Sequence record: MK977694.1
Strand: one strand, 5' to 3'
DNA: 64,000 bases
From: Escherichia phage vB_EcoM-Sa45lw
Below are positions 1 to 8,293 of this stretch, in pieces (the stretch's first letter is position 1; each line of letters opens with the position of its first letter). The position numbers and the translations under genes were made by a program. Under the pieces are notes generated by a model. The model did no database searches and was not told the origin of the DNA. It saw only the letters and a program-made list of their open reading frames with translations.

Positions 1-404
1 AGCCGCCATGGCATTTCAATGAACGTGTACCATATCCCAGATAATATTGCTGCAGTAAAAATATTAACAAGTATGGTTAAAAGAATCCAATCTCCTATTC
101 TGTCCATTGGATTTTTTATAAAAAAGTAAAATACGAATGATGTCACAGGAAGACTAATAATATACCACAGAATCATAATTTTATCTGTGAACCAATCAGC
201 GTTCGTTAACTTAGCGCGACCATTATGAATACACACGAATTTATCATCTGTTATAATAGATGGCTTAGCTGCTTGATATCCCATTCTAAACTCCCTAATC
301 AACAAATTTTTCATATCTTCGGAACAACCATTCCAGTCAACTCTATCAACTGAAATGCCATCATCCCCATCATCTAAATCATACCAGCGAGTTTTTAAAA
401 TCAT
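1..404 (-). CDS. hypothetical membrane protein, 3' end truncated by window edge
   Basis: ATG at 404-402 overlaps the upstream stop (ATGA); AGGAAAA RBS; open frame runs to position 1; hydrophobic segments (ILWYIISLPVTSFVFYFF, LLTILVNIFTAAILSGIWY). Not in ORF track because no stop inside window. Confidence 0.5.
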   Translation of the reverse strand, partial: MILKTRWYDLDDGDDGISVDRVDWNGCSEDMKNLLIREFRMGYQAAKPSIITDDKFVCIHNGRAKLTNADWFTDKIMILWYIISLPVTSFVFYFFIKNPMDRIGDWILLTILVNIFTAAILSGIWYTFIEMPWR

Positions 405-673
405 TTAATTTTCCTACAATCACTCACAAACTCTTCCATTGATTCTTTTTCAATATAAGACATGTAGCTATTATATTCCTTTAATTGTATTTTGTAATCC
501 TTTTTTCTTTGCCAATTTATTTTAAAATTATCATAATGAAAATATAACATTGTACCAAAGAATGAAAATAATGAAATCGCTATAGTATAATGAAGTTCAC
601 TCCAAACTTCTATTATATCTATTATACCGCTGACGTTACTACGGATGTTTAAAATAAGACAGTCAATTAACAA
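401..673 (-). CDS. hypothetical protein (start uncertain; track start is TTG)
   Basis: Track ORF of 90 aa; no convincing RBS or ATG near the 5' end; first internal Met is at residue 42. Confidence 0.3.
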   Translation of the reverse strand: MLIDCLILNIRSNVSGIIDIIEVWSELHYTIAISLFSFFGTMLYFHYDNFKINWQRKKDYKIQLKEYNSYMSYIEKESMEEFVSDCRKIK

Positions 674-755
674 TCCAAAAAGACTACCGCAAGAGCTGCA
701 GCCAACGCTACAGCAAAAATTAAAAATGACTCAGGAAGAGAATATTTGACTTTAT

Positions 756-1148
756 TTAGTTTTGGCTTTTGCATCGTGATTCCTTAACAAATTTCATAAT
801 TTCATCAAATTCATGCGCAGCAAGTTTAAGCTGATGTTCCTTTTTAATCTTTTTACACTGAGCTTTCCAATCACGTACACGTTTACGATAGTGTCTTCCT
901 TGATACCAATATCCTATCCAATTTATAGGTACTAATAAAAGCGGAACTACCAACGGAAGAATTAGTGTTGCTCCAAATATTGCACCAGATTCAATATCAG
1001 TCATAACGTCTATAACCATTCCAGCAATCACCAGAATCACAAATGATACAACTACCACAGGACCTATTAACACATCAGTAGAAATTATCTGACGCTTTAA
1101 TTCATACTTCAACGGTTTACTTGGAAGGTATAGTGATGGTTTTGACAT
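756..1148 (-). CDS. hypothetical membrane protein (about 130 aa, two predicted TM helices)
   Basis: Track ORF 756..1169 starts at TTG; first ATG at 1148-1146 (MSKPSLYL) with AAGGAA upstream; hydrophobic stretches VVVVSFVILVIAGMVIDV and ILPLVVPLLLVPINWIGYW. Confidence 0.5.
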   Translation of the reverse strand: MSKPSLYLPSKPLKYELKRQIISTDVLIGPVVVVSFVILVIAGMVIDVMTDIESGAIFGATLILPLVVPLLLVPINWIGYWYQGRHYRKRVRDWKAQCKKIKKEHQLKLAAHEFDEIMKFVKESRCKSQN

Positions 1149-1722
1149 ATTCTCTACATTCCTTAACAAATTTTTCTAATAATAAATCGCTTTCAAAATT
1201 GGGATTTTCTACGAATTTATCAAAAAGATCATCGACAATAGTTAAGATATTCTTTTTACTAAGAATACGTTTATTTTCATGCTTCGTTTCAGAATCAACT
1301 ATAAGAGTAAAGAAATATTTCTTGCCCTGAAATTTTACAGTAGTATCAATATAGAATAAATTTGACTTTTGTAAATTACGTTTAAACCATGCATCACTTA
1401 AACTATAAACGCCAAGATAATCATAATCGTCGTTTAAATAACAGACCGTCCATTCAGGAGAAACAAAATCAGTAAATTCAACGTCAAAATCGCATGTTAA
1501 TAAATGAATTGATTCAATACTGTTAATAAGTATTCCAGGACGTATTAAAGACTTTTTACCTTTATAAAATCCAGAAAGACTTTCATCAGTTTCATATGAA
1601 GAACCCCAATAATAATTACGTCCTTCTGCCATACGTTTAAGAGCATTTAATAATTGGTCTGGAACATCAACCTGTCTTTGGAACTCTTCAAACATTGAAT
1701 TGAAATCACTTTGCATTTTCAT
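1117..1722 (-). CDS. hypothetical protein (201 aa)
   Basis: ATG at 1722-1720; coding compaction with neighbours; no recognisable motif. Confidence 0.55.
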   Translation of the reverse strand: MKMQSDFNSMFEEFQRQVDVPDQLLNALKRMAEGRNYYWGSSYETDESLSGFYKGKKSLIRPGILINSIESIHLLTCDFDVEFTDFVSPEWTVCYLNDDYDYLGVYSLSDAWFKRNLQKSNLFYIDTTVKFQGKKYFFTLIVDSETKHENKRILSKKNILTIVDDLFDKFVENPNFESDLLLEKFVKECREYVKTITIPSK

Positions 1723-1763
1723 TCCTACTTACTCCAAGTAATAGGGGCCGAAGCCCCTTATCA

Positions 1764-2357
1764 TTATTTCAGAGAATTAATATATTCCTGAACATCGGCA
1801 GAGGTAGTTTCAACCCCAGAAATATTACCATTAAAGGTTTCAACTCGAGCAAGAGTATCTTCAATATCAACCTTAGTCAGTGCTGCAATTTCAACTACAT
1901 CATCAGCAGTACTAATTCCAAGGGCATTCGCGGCGCGAGTTTCACGGATATATTCCAATTTAACTGCAAGTTCTTGGCGAGCATCATCTAACTCAACTAC
2001 TTTCTTGGCGATTTCAATTCGCATTTCAGCATAACCATCAGCTTTAGTAGTCAACTGCTCAGCTGTTCGACGATATAGTAAACCAAGTTTAGCATGCATT
2101 GTTACATCTTGACCTTCCGAAAGGAGCTTGCGAATTTCACGCTCTTTTGATTCGGCCTGCTTATTCTTTTCAACAATAAGTTCACGAATACGCTTTTCTT
2201 CATTAATAGATTTAACAGAAGCAGTTTTTAGATCTTTAATTTTATCAAGCAATTTTGCTGCTGCGGCAGTATACTGCTCTTCAACAGATAGATTTTTAGC
2301 CATAGCAGAACCAAGTTTAGTGCGAATAAACTCAACAATTTTCTTCAGTGTGTTCAT
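1764..2357 (-). CDS. hypothetical coiled-coil protein (197 aa)
   Basis: ATG at 2357-2355 with AAGGAAA RBS; long heptad-like charged/alanine-rich sequence; hairpin immediately downstream (1744-1757). Confidence 0.55.
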
Positions 2358-2400
2358 AGTATTTCCTTAGGTTGATTAGAAATTAAAATCTGCAGAAGAA

Positions 2401-2919
2401 TTATATCATGCTACTTAAGAGATGTAAACTATTTTTAATTTTACAAATTCGTTCAGCTTCTTCAACAGCGGCAGTGATAATGCTTTTAGCTATAGGAGTA
2501 CTAATACTAGTAGCTTTTACACTTAACACGATTTCTTTATCTTTACCAGGCCAACCCCACGATTTTTCACCATGGGTGCCTTTAATTACAGCAGACACCT
2601 CAAGTGAGCATCCATTATCGCATGTTTTTACATTAACAACCCAAGTGTCACTTTTCTCAACCGGTTTATCCCAGTAAATATTAAGAATACGTGGAACATC
2701 AAATTTAGCAGGGCAAATCTTAACCGTAAGACCTTCGCTTTCTAGCCAATTAATAAGAGGGCGTTCATACATGCGGCGATGTGGGCTTTGAACTCGACAA
2801 GCTTTGTACCCATTGCTTGCGGCTTCACTAAGCTCTTCTAATACCTGCTTTTGCATTATTGATAAGATACCATCAAAAGATTTTTCGGAAGTTTCATTCA
2901 GTTCGGTATAAAGAGACAT
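2401..2919 (-). CDS. hypothetical protein (172 aa)
   Basis: Track ORF starts at TTG; ATG at 2919-2917 (MSLYTEL) preceded by GAGGAAAA RBS. Confidence 0.55.
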   Translation of the reverse strand: MSLYTELNETSEKSFDGILSIMQKQVLEELSEAASNGYKACRVQSPHRRMYERPLINWLESEGLTVKICPAKFDVPRILNIYWDKPVEKSDTWVVNVKTCDNGCSLEVSAVIKGTHGEKSWGWPGKDKEIVLSVKATSISTPIAKSIITAAVEEAERICKIKNSLHLLSSMI

Positions 2920-2975
2920 AACAGTTTTCCTCAAATTATAGGCTCATAATATCTCAATCATGAGCCTATATAAAC

Positions 2976-3239
2976 TTATTTCATATTATTGAAATATTCT
3001 TCTGCGATTTCGTCGTTATCATGGTAAACTTTAGAAGACAGTTTAACATAACCTTCAGCAGTGAACATGTTAATCACAACCTTTACAGTATACCACTGAC
3101 CATCTTCATTACCCATTACTGCATAGGTTTCAAACATCGGATGATCAGGACCGATAACTTTAATATCATTCACCGTACGACCGAAATCTTCTGAAACACA
3201 TTTCATAAAGAAGTTGAACAGTTCACCGTAATTATCCAT
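2976..3239 (-). CDS. hypothetical protein (87 aa)
   Basis: ATG at 3239-3237 (MDNYGELF) with GGAG RBS; early-type promoter repeat upstream at 3283-3312. Confidence 0.5.
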   Translation of the reverse strand: MDNYGELFNFFMKCVSEDFGRTVNDIKVIGPDHPMFETYAVMGNEDGQWYTVKVVINMFTAEGYVKLSSKVYHDNDEIAEEYFNNMK

Positions 3240-3282
3240 TTCATTCTCCAAGTTGTTTTCTGTATCAGTAGTTGATAGTTGT

Positions 3283-3312
3283 ATAGTACCATAGAAGAAC
3301 AGGGATGTAAAC
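3283..3312 (-). promoter_or_regulatory. sigma70-type T4-early-like promoter, repeat copy 1
   Basis: Minus strand reads GTTTAC (plus 3307-3312), 18 nt spacer, TGgTACTAT extended -10 (plus 3283-3288); A/T-rich upstream element; near-identical copies at 7223-7252 and 7554-7583. Confidence 0.5.
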
Positions 3313-3421
3313 AGTTTTGTGAAAAATTTTTAAAAAGTTTTGGGGAATTCTAGGGCAGGGAGGGGAAATCAAAGGATAGGATAATATATTATAAAGGGTA
3401 GAAACTAAATGATGTCTAGAG

Positions 3422-3437
3422 AGGCCTGGAAAGGCCT
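3422..3437 (-). other. palindromic hairpin AGGCCT-GGAA-AGGCCT
   Basis: Perfect 6 bp inverted repeat with tetraloop, downstream of the 3480..3953 gene. Confidence 0.35.
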
Positions 3438-3448
3438 AGATACCAAAA

Positions 3449-3474
3449 AGCCCCAACCTTTCGGCTAGGGCTAA
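3449..3474 (-). terminator. rho-independent terminator (minus strand)
   Basis: Minus strand: GCCCTAGCC-GAAA-GGTTGGGGC stem-loop followed by TTTTTGG, directly after the stop of 3480..3953. Confidence 0.6.
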
Positions 3475-3479
3475 GAATG

Positions 3480-3953
3480 TTATTTGATTTGTTTAGCAGA
3501 CCAAATGCGGTCTTTAATAATTTTTTGGATATCTTCAACATACTCAAGAGAGTGAGCATGTGGGTTATCTTTGAAACTATAAGCACGAGCTAGTTTTTGG
3601 CCTTCAGTTTTGATTACTAAAAGCTCTTTAAGGATAGCTTCATATTTGGAGATAATTCCTTTAACAATATTTTTCTCTTGTGCGACTTTAGGATCTGCTT
3701 TAGGAGCAGGTTTACCCGAAGCCTTTGCAAAAGCAGCGCCAGTAGCAACTAAACTTTTCCAGGCCATACTAACTGCATTTCCCGTAAATCCTTCCGCTTT
3801 CATGTCGCGTGCGAACTGGAATCGTGATTCATCAGAAGCATCTTTGTAAGAATATTTACCCGCTGCAATGGCTGCTTTTGCGACAGCTTGAATTTCGGTG
3901 CTAGATGCTTCATTTAACACCGCTTCATTTAAAAATTGAGTATATGATTTCAT
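3480..3953 (-). CDS. internal head protein-like (IPII/IPIII position), 157 aa, capsid-targeting N-terminus
   Basis: N-terminus MKSYTQFLNE|A resembles the T4 IP capsid-targeting sequence (MKTYQEFIAE|A) with an L-x-E prohead-protease site; TATAAATA late promoter upstream on minus strand; Ala/Lys-rich. Confidence 0.6.
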   Translation of the reverse strand: MKSYTQFLNEAVLNEASSTEIQAVAKAAIAAGKYSYKDASDESRFQFARDMKAEGFTGNAVSMAWKSLVATGAAFAKASGKPAPKADPKVAQEKNIVKGIISKYEAILKELLVIKTEGQKLARAYSFKDNPHAHSLEYVEDIQKIIKDRIWSAKQIK

Positions 3954-3993
3954 CTTATTTCCTGTTTTAATTCGTGGATTTAATATACTACTA

Positions 3994-4001
3994 TATTTAT
4001 A
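3994..4001 (-). promoter_or_regulatory. T4 late promoter TATAAATA (minus strand)
   Basis: Exact TATAAATA on minus strand about 40 nt upstream of the IP-like gene start. Confidence 0.55.
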
Positions 4002-4007
4002 CCAAAA

Positions 4008-4031
4008 AGCCCCAACCTTTCGGTCGGGGCT
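4008..4031 (-). terminator. rho-independent terminator (minus strand)
   Basis: Minus strand: AGCCCCGACC-GAAA-GGTTGGGGCT followed by TTTTTGG; nearly identical to the hairpin at 3449-3474. Confidence 0.6.
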
Positions 4032-4032
4032 A

Positions 4033-4340
4033 AGCCTTGCGGCAACCTTGTCGGGGTTCCACCTGCTAAGGCAAGTGTTTGTACGAAACGCCGGGATTCG
4101 AACCCGGTTATTAAGCAGTTGACGCTACTCAATATTTTTAAAAGGCCATATCTCGACCATATCCGAACGTTCCGTCAAAAACGCTACTCGGCTTACGGCA
4201 AAGATATTTCCTCGAATCGATAATTCGGTGCGCCGTTTCTGCTGTGATGTAAGAGGGCATCAATAAACGCAAAGATTATTAACGCAATTCCTTACTCAGG
4301 GAACATCAGTCCGACGACTTACCGGTAGCGACCCGGTTTC
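4033..4340 (-). ncRNA. candidate stable structured RNA region (no convincing ORF), with tRNA-like T-arm
   Basis: About 300 nt, GC-richer than flanking coding DNA, between a good-RBS gene and a terminator; contains CCGGGTTCGAATCCCGG (plus 4091-4107) and palindromes GAACGTTC and CGAAT..ATTCG; no acceptor or anticodon arm found. Confidence 0.3.
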
Positions 4341-4691
4341 TTAATATTCTTTTAAAGCATCAATCTGTTTACGGCGTTCACGCCATAAATCAATTGCTTC
4401 ATACGCGGATTCAACATTTCGAATTGGACGGCATTTATATAAAGATTTGTGATTTTGATATTGCGTAGATAACGGAATTTTATCTAAAAGGTCTTTACGT
4501 TCAAAGTATTCGTAACCATCTAAGCCAAATGAACGATTTTTGAGAAATTGCCAATGACCAAATTCGTTTTGAATATAAATATAATCCGCATGTTGATAAA
4601 GTAAATTAATTTCACGAAATGAGATATGTTTTTCATATTCATTGAAGTAAAATGTTAAATCATGAACTACTAAATAAACATTACCTTTCAT
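4341..4691 (-). CDS. hypothetical protein (116 aa)
   Basis: ATG at 4691-4689 with GAGGAAAAT RBS, immediately downstream of tRNA-Arg. Confidence 0.5.
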   Translation of the reverse strand: MKGNVYLVVHDLTFYFNEYEKHISFREINLLYQHADYIYIQNEFGHWQFLKNRSFGLDGYEYFERKDLLDKIPLSTQYQNHKSLYKCRPIRNVESAYEAIDLWRERRKQIDALKEY

Positions 4692-4709
4692 ATTTTCCTC
4701 ACTTATAAT

Positions 4710-4785
4710 TGGTCGAGGCAGTAGGGATCGAACCTACGACCTAGGACTTAGAAGGTCCTTGCTCTTCCTTCTGAGCTATGCCCCG
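4710..4785 (-). tRNA. tRNA-Arg (anticodon UCU)
   Basis: Hand-folded cloverleaf; anticodon loop CU-UCU-AA; T-loop GGTTCGATCC; CCA encoded. Confidence 0.75.
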
Positions 4786-4789
4786 TAAT

Positions 4790-4865
4790 TGGGGTGACCG
4801 ATGGGAGTCGAACCCATGACTACGAGAATCACAATCTCGAGTTCTACCAACTGAACTACGGCCAC
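4790..4865 (-). tRNA. tRNA-His (anticodon GUG)
   Basis: Anticodon loop UU-GUG-AU, C73 discriminator, T-arm ATGGG-TTCGACT-CCCAT, CCA encoded; no G at -1 in the gene. Confidence 0.65.
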
Positions 4866-4979
4866 ATTAATACCTACTCCAACAATCAAGATGTCTTCAC
4901 ACGAAATTAAGAGAAGAGTGATCAGTTCAACCCCTATAATCGCGTCAAGTAGATATTAATGTGACAGTTGTCACAAATT

Positions 4980-5054
4980 TGGCGGACGTGATAGGATTCG
5001 AACCTATAACCAATCGCTTAACAGGCGATCGCTCTGCCATTGAGCTACACATCC
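4980..5054 (-). tRNA. tRNA-Asn (anticodon GUU)
   Basis: Acceptor GGATGTG/CACGTCC, D-arm GCTC..GAGC, anticodon loop CU-GUU-AA, T-loop TTCGAAT, CCA encoded. Confidence 0.75.
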
Positions 5055-5058
5055 AAAT

Positions 5059-5145
5059 TGGTGGGGAGTGATGGAGTCGAACCACCCGAGTCGCAATGAC
5101 AATGAATTTACAGTCCACACCGCTACCTCTACGGGATAACTCCCC
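5059..5145 (-). tRNA. type II tRNA, probably tRNA-Tyr (anticodon GUA)
   Basis: 87 nt with long variable arm; acceptor GGGGAGT/ACTCCCC; loop CU-GUA-AA; GACTGTAAAT..GTCAT..CGACT resembles bacterial tRNA-Tyr; D-arm not cleanly resolved by hand. Confidence 0.5.
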
Positions 5146-5157
5146 TAATTCATAATT

Positions 5158-5232
5158 TGGTGGCCCTGGGTGGAATTGAACCACCATCTGGCGATTATGA
5201 GTCGCTTGCTTGAACCTTCCAGCTACAGGGCC
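5158..5232 (-). tRNA. tRNA with CAU anticodon (T4 tRNA-Ile type via lysidine, or Met)
   Basis: Acceptor GGCCCTG/CAGGGCC; anticodon loop CU-CAU-AA; T-loop TTCAATT; CCA encoded; identity Ile versus Met cannot be decided from sequence. Confidence 0.65.
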
Positions 5233-5233
5233 T

Positions 5234-5309
5234 TGGTGCTGATTGACGGAATCGAACCGCCGACCTTCTCATTACAAGTGAGTTGCTCTACCTACTGAGC
5301 TAAATCAGC
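5234..5309 (-). tRNA. tRNA-Thr (anticodon UGU)
   Basis: Acceptor GCTGATT/AATCAGC; anticodon loop CU-UGU-AA; T-loop TTCGATT; CCA encoded. Confidence 0.8.
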
Positions 5310-5314
5310 AAAAC

Positions 5315-5404
5315 TGGCGGAGGTGATAGGATTCGAACCTATGAATCGCCGGAGCGACTGCCGGTTTTCAAGACCGGTGCATTCAACCACTCTGCCACAC
5401 CTCC
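5315..5404 (-). tRNA. tRNA-Ser (anticodon UGA), type II
   Basis: 90 nt; GGAGGTG TG GCAGAGTGGTTGAATGC start; loop CU-UGA-AA; long variable arm; CCA encoded. Confidence 0.8.
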
Positions 5405-5406
5405 AG

Positions 5407-5480
5407 TCTCCATACAAGGATTTGAACCTTGGACCTCCTGATCCCAAATCAGGCGCTCTACCAAACTGAGCTACACGGAG
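5407..5480 (-). tRNA. tRNA-Pro (anticodon UGG), CCA not encoded
   Basis: Acceptor CTCCGTG/TATGGAG; loop UU-UGG-GA; T-loop TTCAAAT; 3' end abuts tRNA-Ser as in the T4 Pro-Ser dimeric precursor. Confidence 0.8.
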
Positions 5481-5490
5481 TAAATTAAAT

Positions 5491-5564
<74 letters not shown>

Positions 5565-5569
5565 AAATT

Positions 5570-5656
5570 TGGTGCGAGAAGTGGGACTCGAACCCACAAG
5601 GAAATCATTCCGCAGCATTTTAAGTGCTGTGCCTTTACCAATTTGACCATTCTCGC
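5570..5656 (-). tRNA. tRNA-Leu (anticodon UAA), type II
   Basis: GCGAGAATGGTCAAATTGGTAAAGGCACAGCACTTAAAATGCTG...; loop CU-UAA-AA; long variable arm; CCA encoded; matches the T4 tRNA-Leu pattern from memory. Confidence 0.85.
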
Positions 5657-5657
5657 G

Positions 5658-5730
5658 CTGGGAATAAAGGACTCGAACCTTTGCATCCTGGAATCAAAAT
5701 CCAGTGCCTTACCAACTTGGCTAATTCCCA
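5658..5730 (-). tRNA. tRNA-Gln (anticodon UUG), CCA not encoded
   Basis: Acceptor TGGGAAT/ATTCCCA; loop UU-UUG-AU; T-loop TTCGAGT; directly abuts tRNA-Leu as in the T4 Gln-Leu dimeric precursor. Confidence 0.8.
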
Positions 5731-5815
5731 ATTATTAACAAAGGCTCTCAAGCAGAACCCTTGATGATAGAGGGTATTAATCAGTGCGGTATGAGTTAAT
5801 AATAACAAATAATTC

Positions 5816-6331
5816 TTAAAGCAAATTAAACATTTTAACGGTCGGCAAAACAATTTCTTCTTCTATATAAGAGTATTTAACACTCTCAACTACACGCAAG
5901 AAATCATAGTCATAATATTCAGAAGCATGACCAAGAATATCAATAAGGCCTTCAAATATCTTATTACCATTCACAAAGAATAAGTCAAATACACGTTCTT
6001 CATCTTCTTCGGATTTATTACCAAGGTCAACTTCTATATCAAAGACCTTTTTAATGAATTCTGGATAAAGTTGTTCTGAGAACAGTCCTTCAACCAAGTA
6101 TTCATAAATAAAAAGCGATTGCTCGCTGAACAAGCCATTACCACAATAACGTTCAGCTTTAGTACTAGAATGTCTGCTTTTAAACTTCTTTAAAAGATAT
6201 TGGAACTGTAAGATTTCATGCTCTTCTACGCCAAACAGTGTTTTAGTTTTATAGTTGTCACCATCATTTTCCCAGGTAGTGACATCAATTACGTAACCCT
6301 GCGGAATTGTAGTACCTAAACAAATATTCAT
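5816..6331 (-). CDS. hypothetical protein (171 aa)
   Basis: Track ORF starts at GTG; ATG at 6331-6329 (MNICLG); acidic C-terminal half. Confidence 0.5.
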   Translation of the reverse strand: MNICLGTTIPQGYVIDVTTWENDGDNYKTKTLFGVEEHEILQFQYLLKKFKSRHSSTKAERYCGNGLFSEQSLFIYEYLVEGLFSEQLYPEFIKKVFDIEVDLGNKSEEDEERVFDLFFVNGNKIFEGLIDILGHASEYYDYDFLRVVESVKYSYIEEEIVLPTVKMFNLL

Positions 6332-6333
6332 TT

Positions 6334-6624
6334 TCACCACGCTGCATTAATATAAGTATATTTAATACATTCAAGACTTAAAGGATTCTTGAAAATATCA
6401 TATTCAAGAGGACCTTTTTCTGTTTCAATAAAGAAATCAAAATTTACTGTATTAAATTTACGGTCTTCCTTCACTAATTTAACCTGAGAAGATGAACGGT
6501 CAATGTAAACCTTTTCAACTTCAAAACATGTTAAAATGCCATAATCATCAATCAAGGCTTTAGCTGCTTCTTGATCATATTTATATCCATTTTCAATGGA
6601 CGATACTTTAGCATAAAGAATCAT
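6334..6624 (-). CDS. hypothetical protein (96 aa)
   Basis: ATG at 6624-6622; tight spacing with neighbours. Confidence 0.5.
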   Translation of the reverse strand: MILYAKVSSIENGYKYDQEAAKALIDDYGILTCFEVEKVYIDRSSSQVKLVKEDRKFNTVNFDFFIETEKGPLEYDIFKNPLSLECIKYTYINAAW

Positions 6625-6626
6625 TA

Positions 6627-7007
6627 TTACCCTTCATCAACAATAGTATGAGTGTGGGCATTTACAATTTGCCACCAATCAAAGCGATTAGAACCATACA
6701 TTGGTTTGTTCTCATTTTCTTTGATAATGTCACGGAGTTCATCTTCGGTAGCGGCTTTCGCGATTAAATCAGCATATCCACCGCGAGGATAATAATTATC
6801 ACCTGCAAAAAGTAAAAAGTTTGGTTTAATGTTATTGAACTCTTCAAGAGTAATAACTGTTCCACCAGGTTGAACAATATCTACATAACTATATCCTAAT
6901 TTTTGAGCAGCATCTACTGCTTCAAGCAAGGTATCATGAGCCCATCCAATTTGGCAATCTGGCTTTTCAGATGGATTAGCCTGATAATCTGCATATACTT
7001 TATACAT
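6627..7007 (-). CDS. hypothetical protein (126 aa)
   Basis: Track start is TTG; ATG at 7007-7005 (MYKVYADY) with GGTGAG RBS. Confidence 0.5.
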   Translation of the reverse strand: MYKVYADYQANPSEKPDCQIGWAHDTLLEAVDAAQKLGYSYVDIVQPGGTVITLEEFNNIKPNFLLFAGDNYYPRGGYADLIAKAATEDELRDIIKENENKPMYGSNRFDWWQIVNAHTHTIVDEG

Positions 7008-7008
7008 T

Positions 7009-7194
7009 TTACTCACCTTTAGAAATTTTATCCATAACGATAGCAATTAAACCAATTAAAAATGCTACTACAAGTGAAAATACATTTTCTGCTGTAGTTA
7101 ATAATCCGCATATAAATCCAACAAACATTGAAAAACTAAAAGCGGAAGCAGAAATTGCAATAGCAACATTTCGAATTAATTCACAGCGTTTCAT
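7009..7194 (-). CDS. small hydrophobic membrane protein (61 aa)
   Basis: ATG at 7194-7192 (MKRCELIRN) with GAGGAG RBS; single long hydrophobic segment; promoter repeat copy 2 immediately upstream. Confidence 0.45.
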   Translation of the reverse strand: MKRCELIRNVAIAISASAFSFSMFVGFICGLLTTAENVFSLVVAFLIGLIAIVMDKISKGE

Positions 7195-7222
7195 TTTATT
7201 CTCCTCAGTAGTTGATAGGGTA

Positions 7223-7252
7223 ATAGTATCACTACTAAAACCCCGTGTAAAC
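7223..7252 (-). promoter_or_regulatory. sigma70-type T4-early-like promoter, repeat copy 2
   Basis: Minus strand GTTTAC (plus 7247-7252), 18 nt spacer, TGaTACTAT (plus 7223-7228); shares a 25-30 nt identical block with copies 1 and 3. Confidence 0.5.
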
Positions 7253-7264
7253 AACTTTGTGAAA

Positions 7265-7522
7265 TTATTTTAAATCTTCTAATCGTTTCTTCATCTTAGA
7301 ACCATTTTTAGCGATTTCTCCTGCGTCAGAGCATAATGCTAAAAGTGCTTTAACTTTAGTTTGGTCTCCTTTAAAAGACGAAGGATCGACTGCAGCAGCA
7401 AGTTCTTTAATACGAGAGAAAAGACGCTCAGCTTCAGCTAAAGCCATTCCAAGCTTTACTTCCATACCATGAGAAGATTCAGTGATAATAGTTTCTGTAG
7501 CAAACTCTTTATAAGTTTTCAT
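7265..7522 (-). CDS. internal head protein-like (ipI position, adjacent to 57B), 85 aa, capsid-targeting N-terminus
   Basis: N-terminus MKTYKEFATE resembles the T4 IP capsid-targeting sequence; lies where T4 has ipI but the mature part does not resemble what I recall of T4 IPI; AGGAAAA RBS. Confidence 0.6.
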   Translation of the reverse strand: MKTYKEFATETIITESSHGMEVKLGMALAEAERLFSRIKELAAAVDPSSFKGDQTKVKALLALCSDAGEIAKNGSKMKKRLEDLK

Positions 7523-7543
7523 TTTATTTTTCCTAATTAATTT

Positions 7544-7583
7544 TGATGAGGTAATAGTATCACTACCTCATCAGTGTGTAAAC
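7544..7583 (-). promoter_or_regulatory. terminator hairpin overlapping promoter repeat copy 3
   Basis: Inverted repeat TGATGAGGTA..TACCTCATCA (7544-7573) followed on minus strand by AAAATTAATT; -10 TGaTACTAT lies in the hairpin loop, GTTTAC at plus 7578-7583. Confidence 0.5.
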
Positions 7584-7595
7584 AACTTTGTGAAA

Positions 7596-8292
<697 letters not shown>

Positions 8293-8293
<1 letters not shown>

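Noticed and set aside
401-673. Confident call of the 90 aa track ORF as a gene
   Set aside because: The track start is a TTG without RBS and the first ATG gives only 49 aa; kept as a low-confidence feature.
4084-4107. Possible 12th tRNA suggested by the perfect T-arm CCGGGTTCGAATCCCGG
   Set aside because: No complementary 5' acceptor strand, D-arm or anticodon arm could be found; reported only as part of a candidate structured RNA region.
4120-4270. 48-aa ORF on the minus strand inside the GC-rich non-coding block
   Set aside because: No RBS, atypical GC-rich codon composition, below length threshold; more consistent with non-coding RNA.
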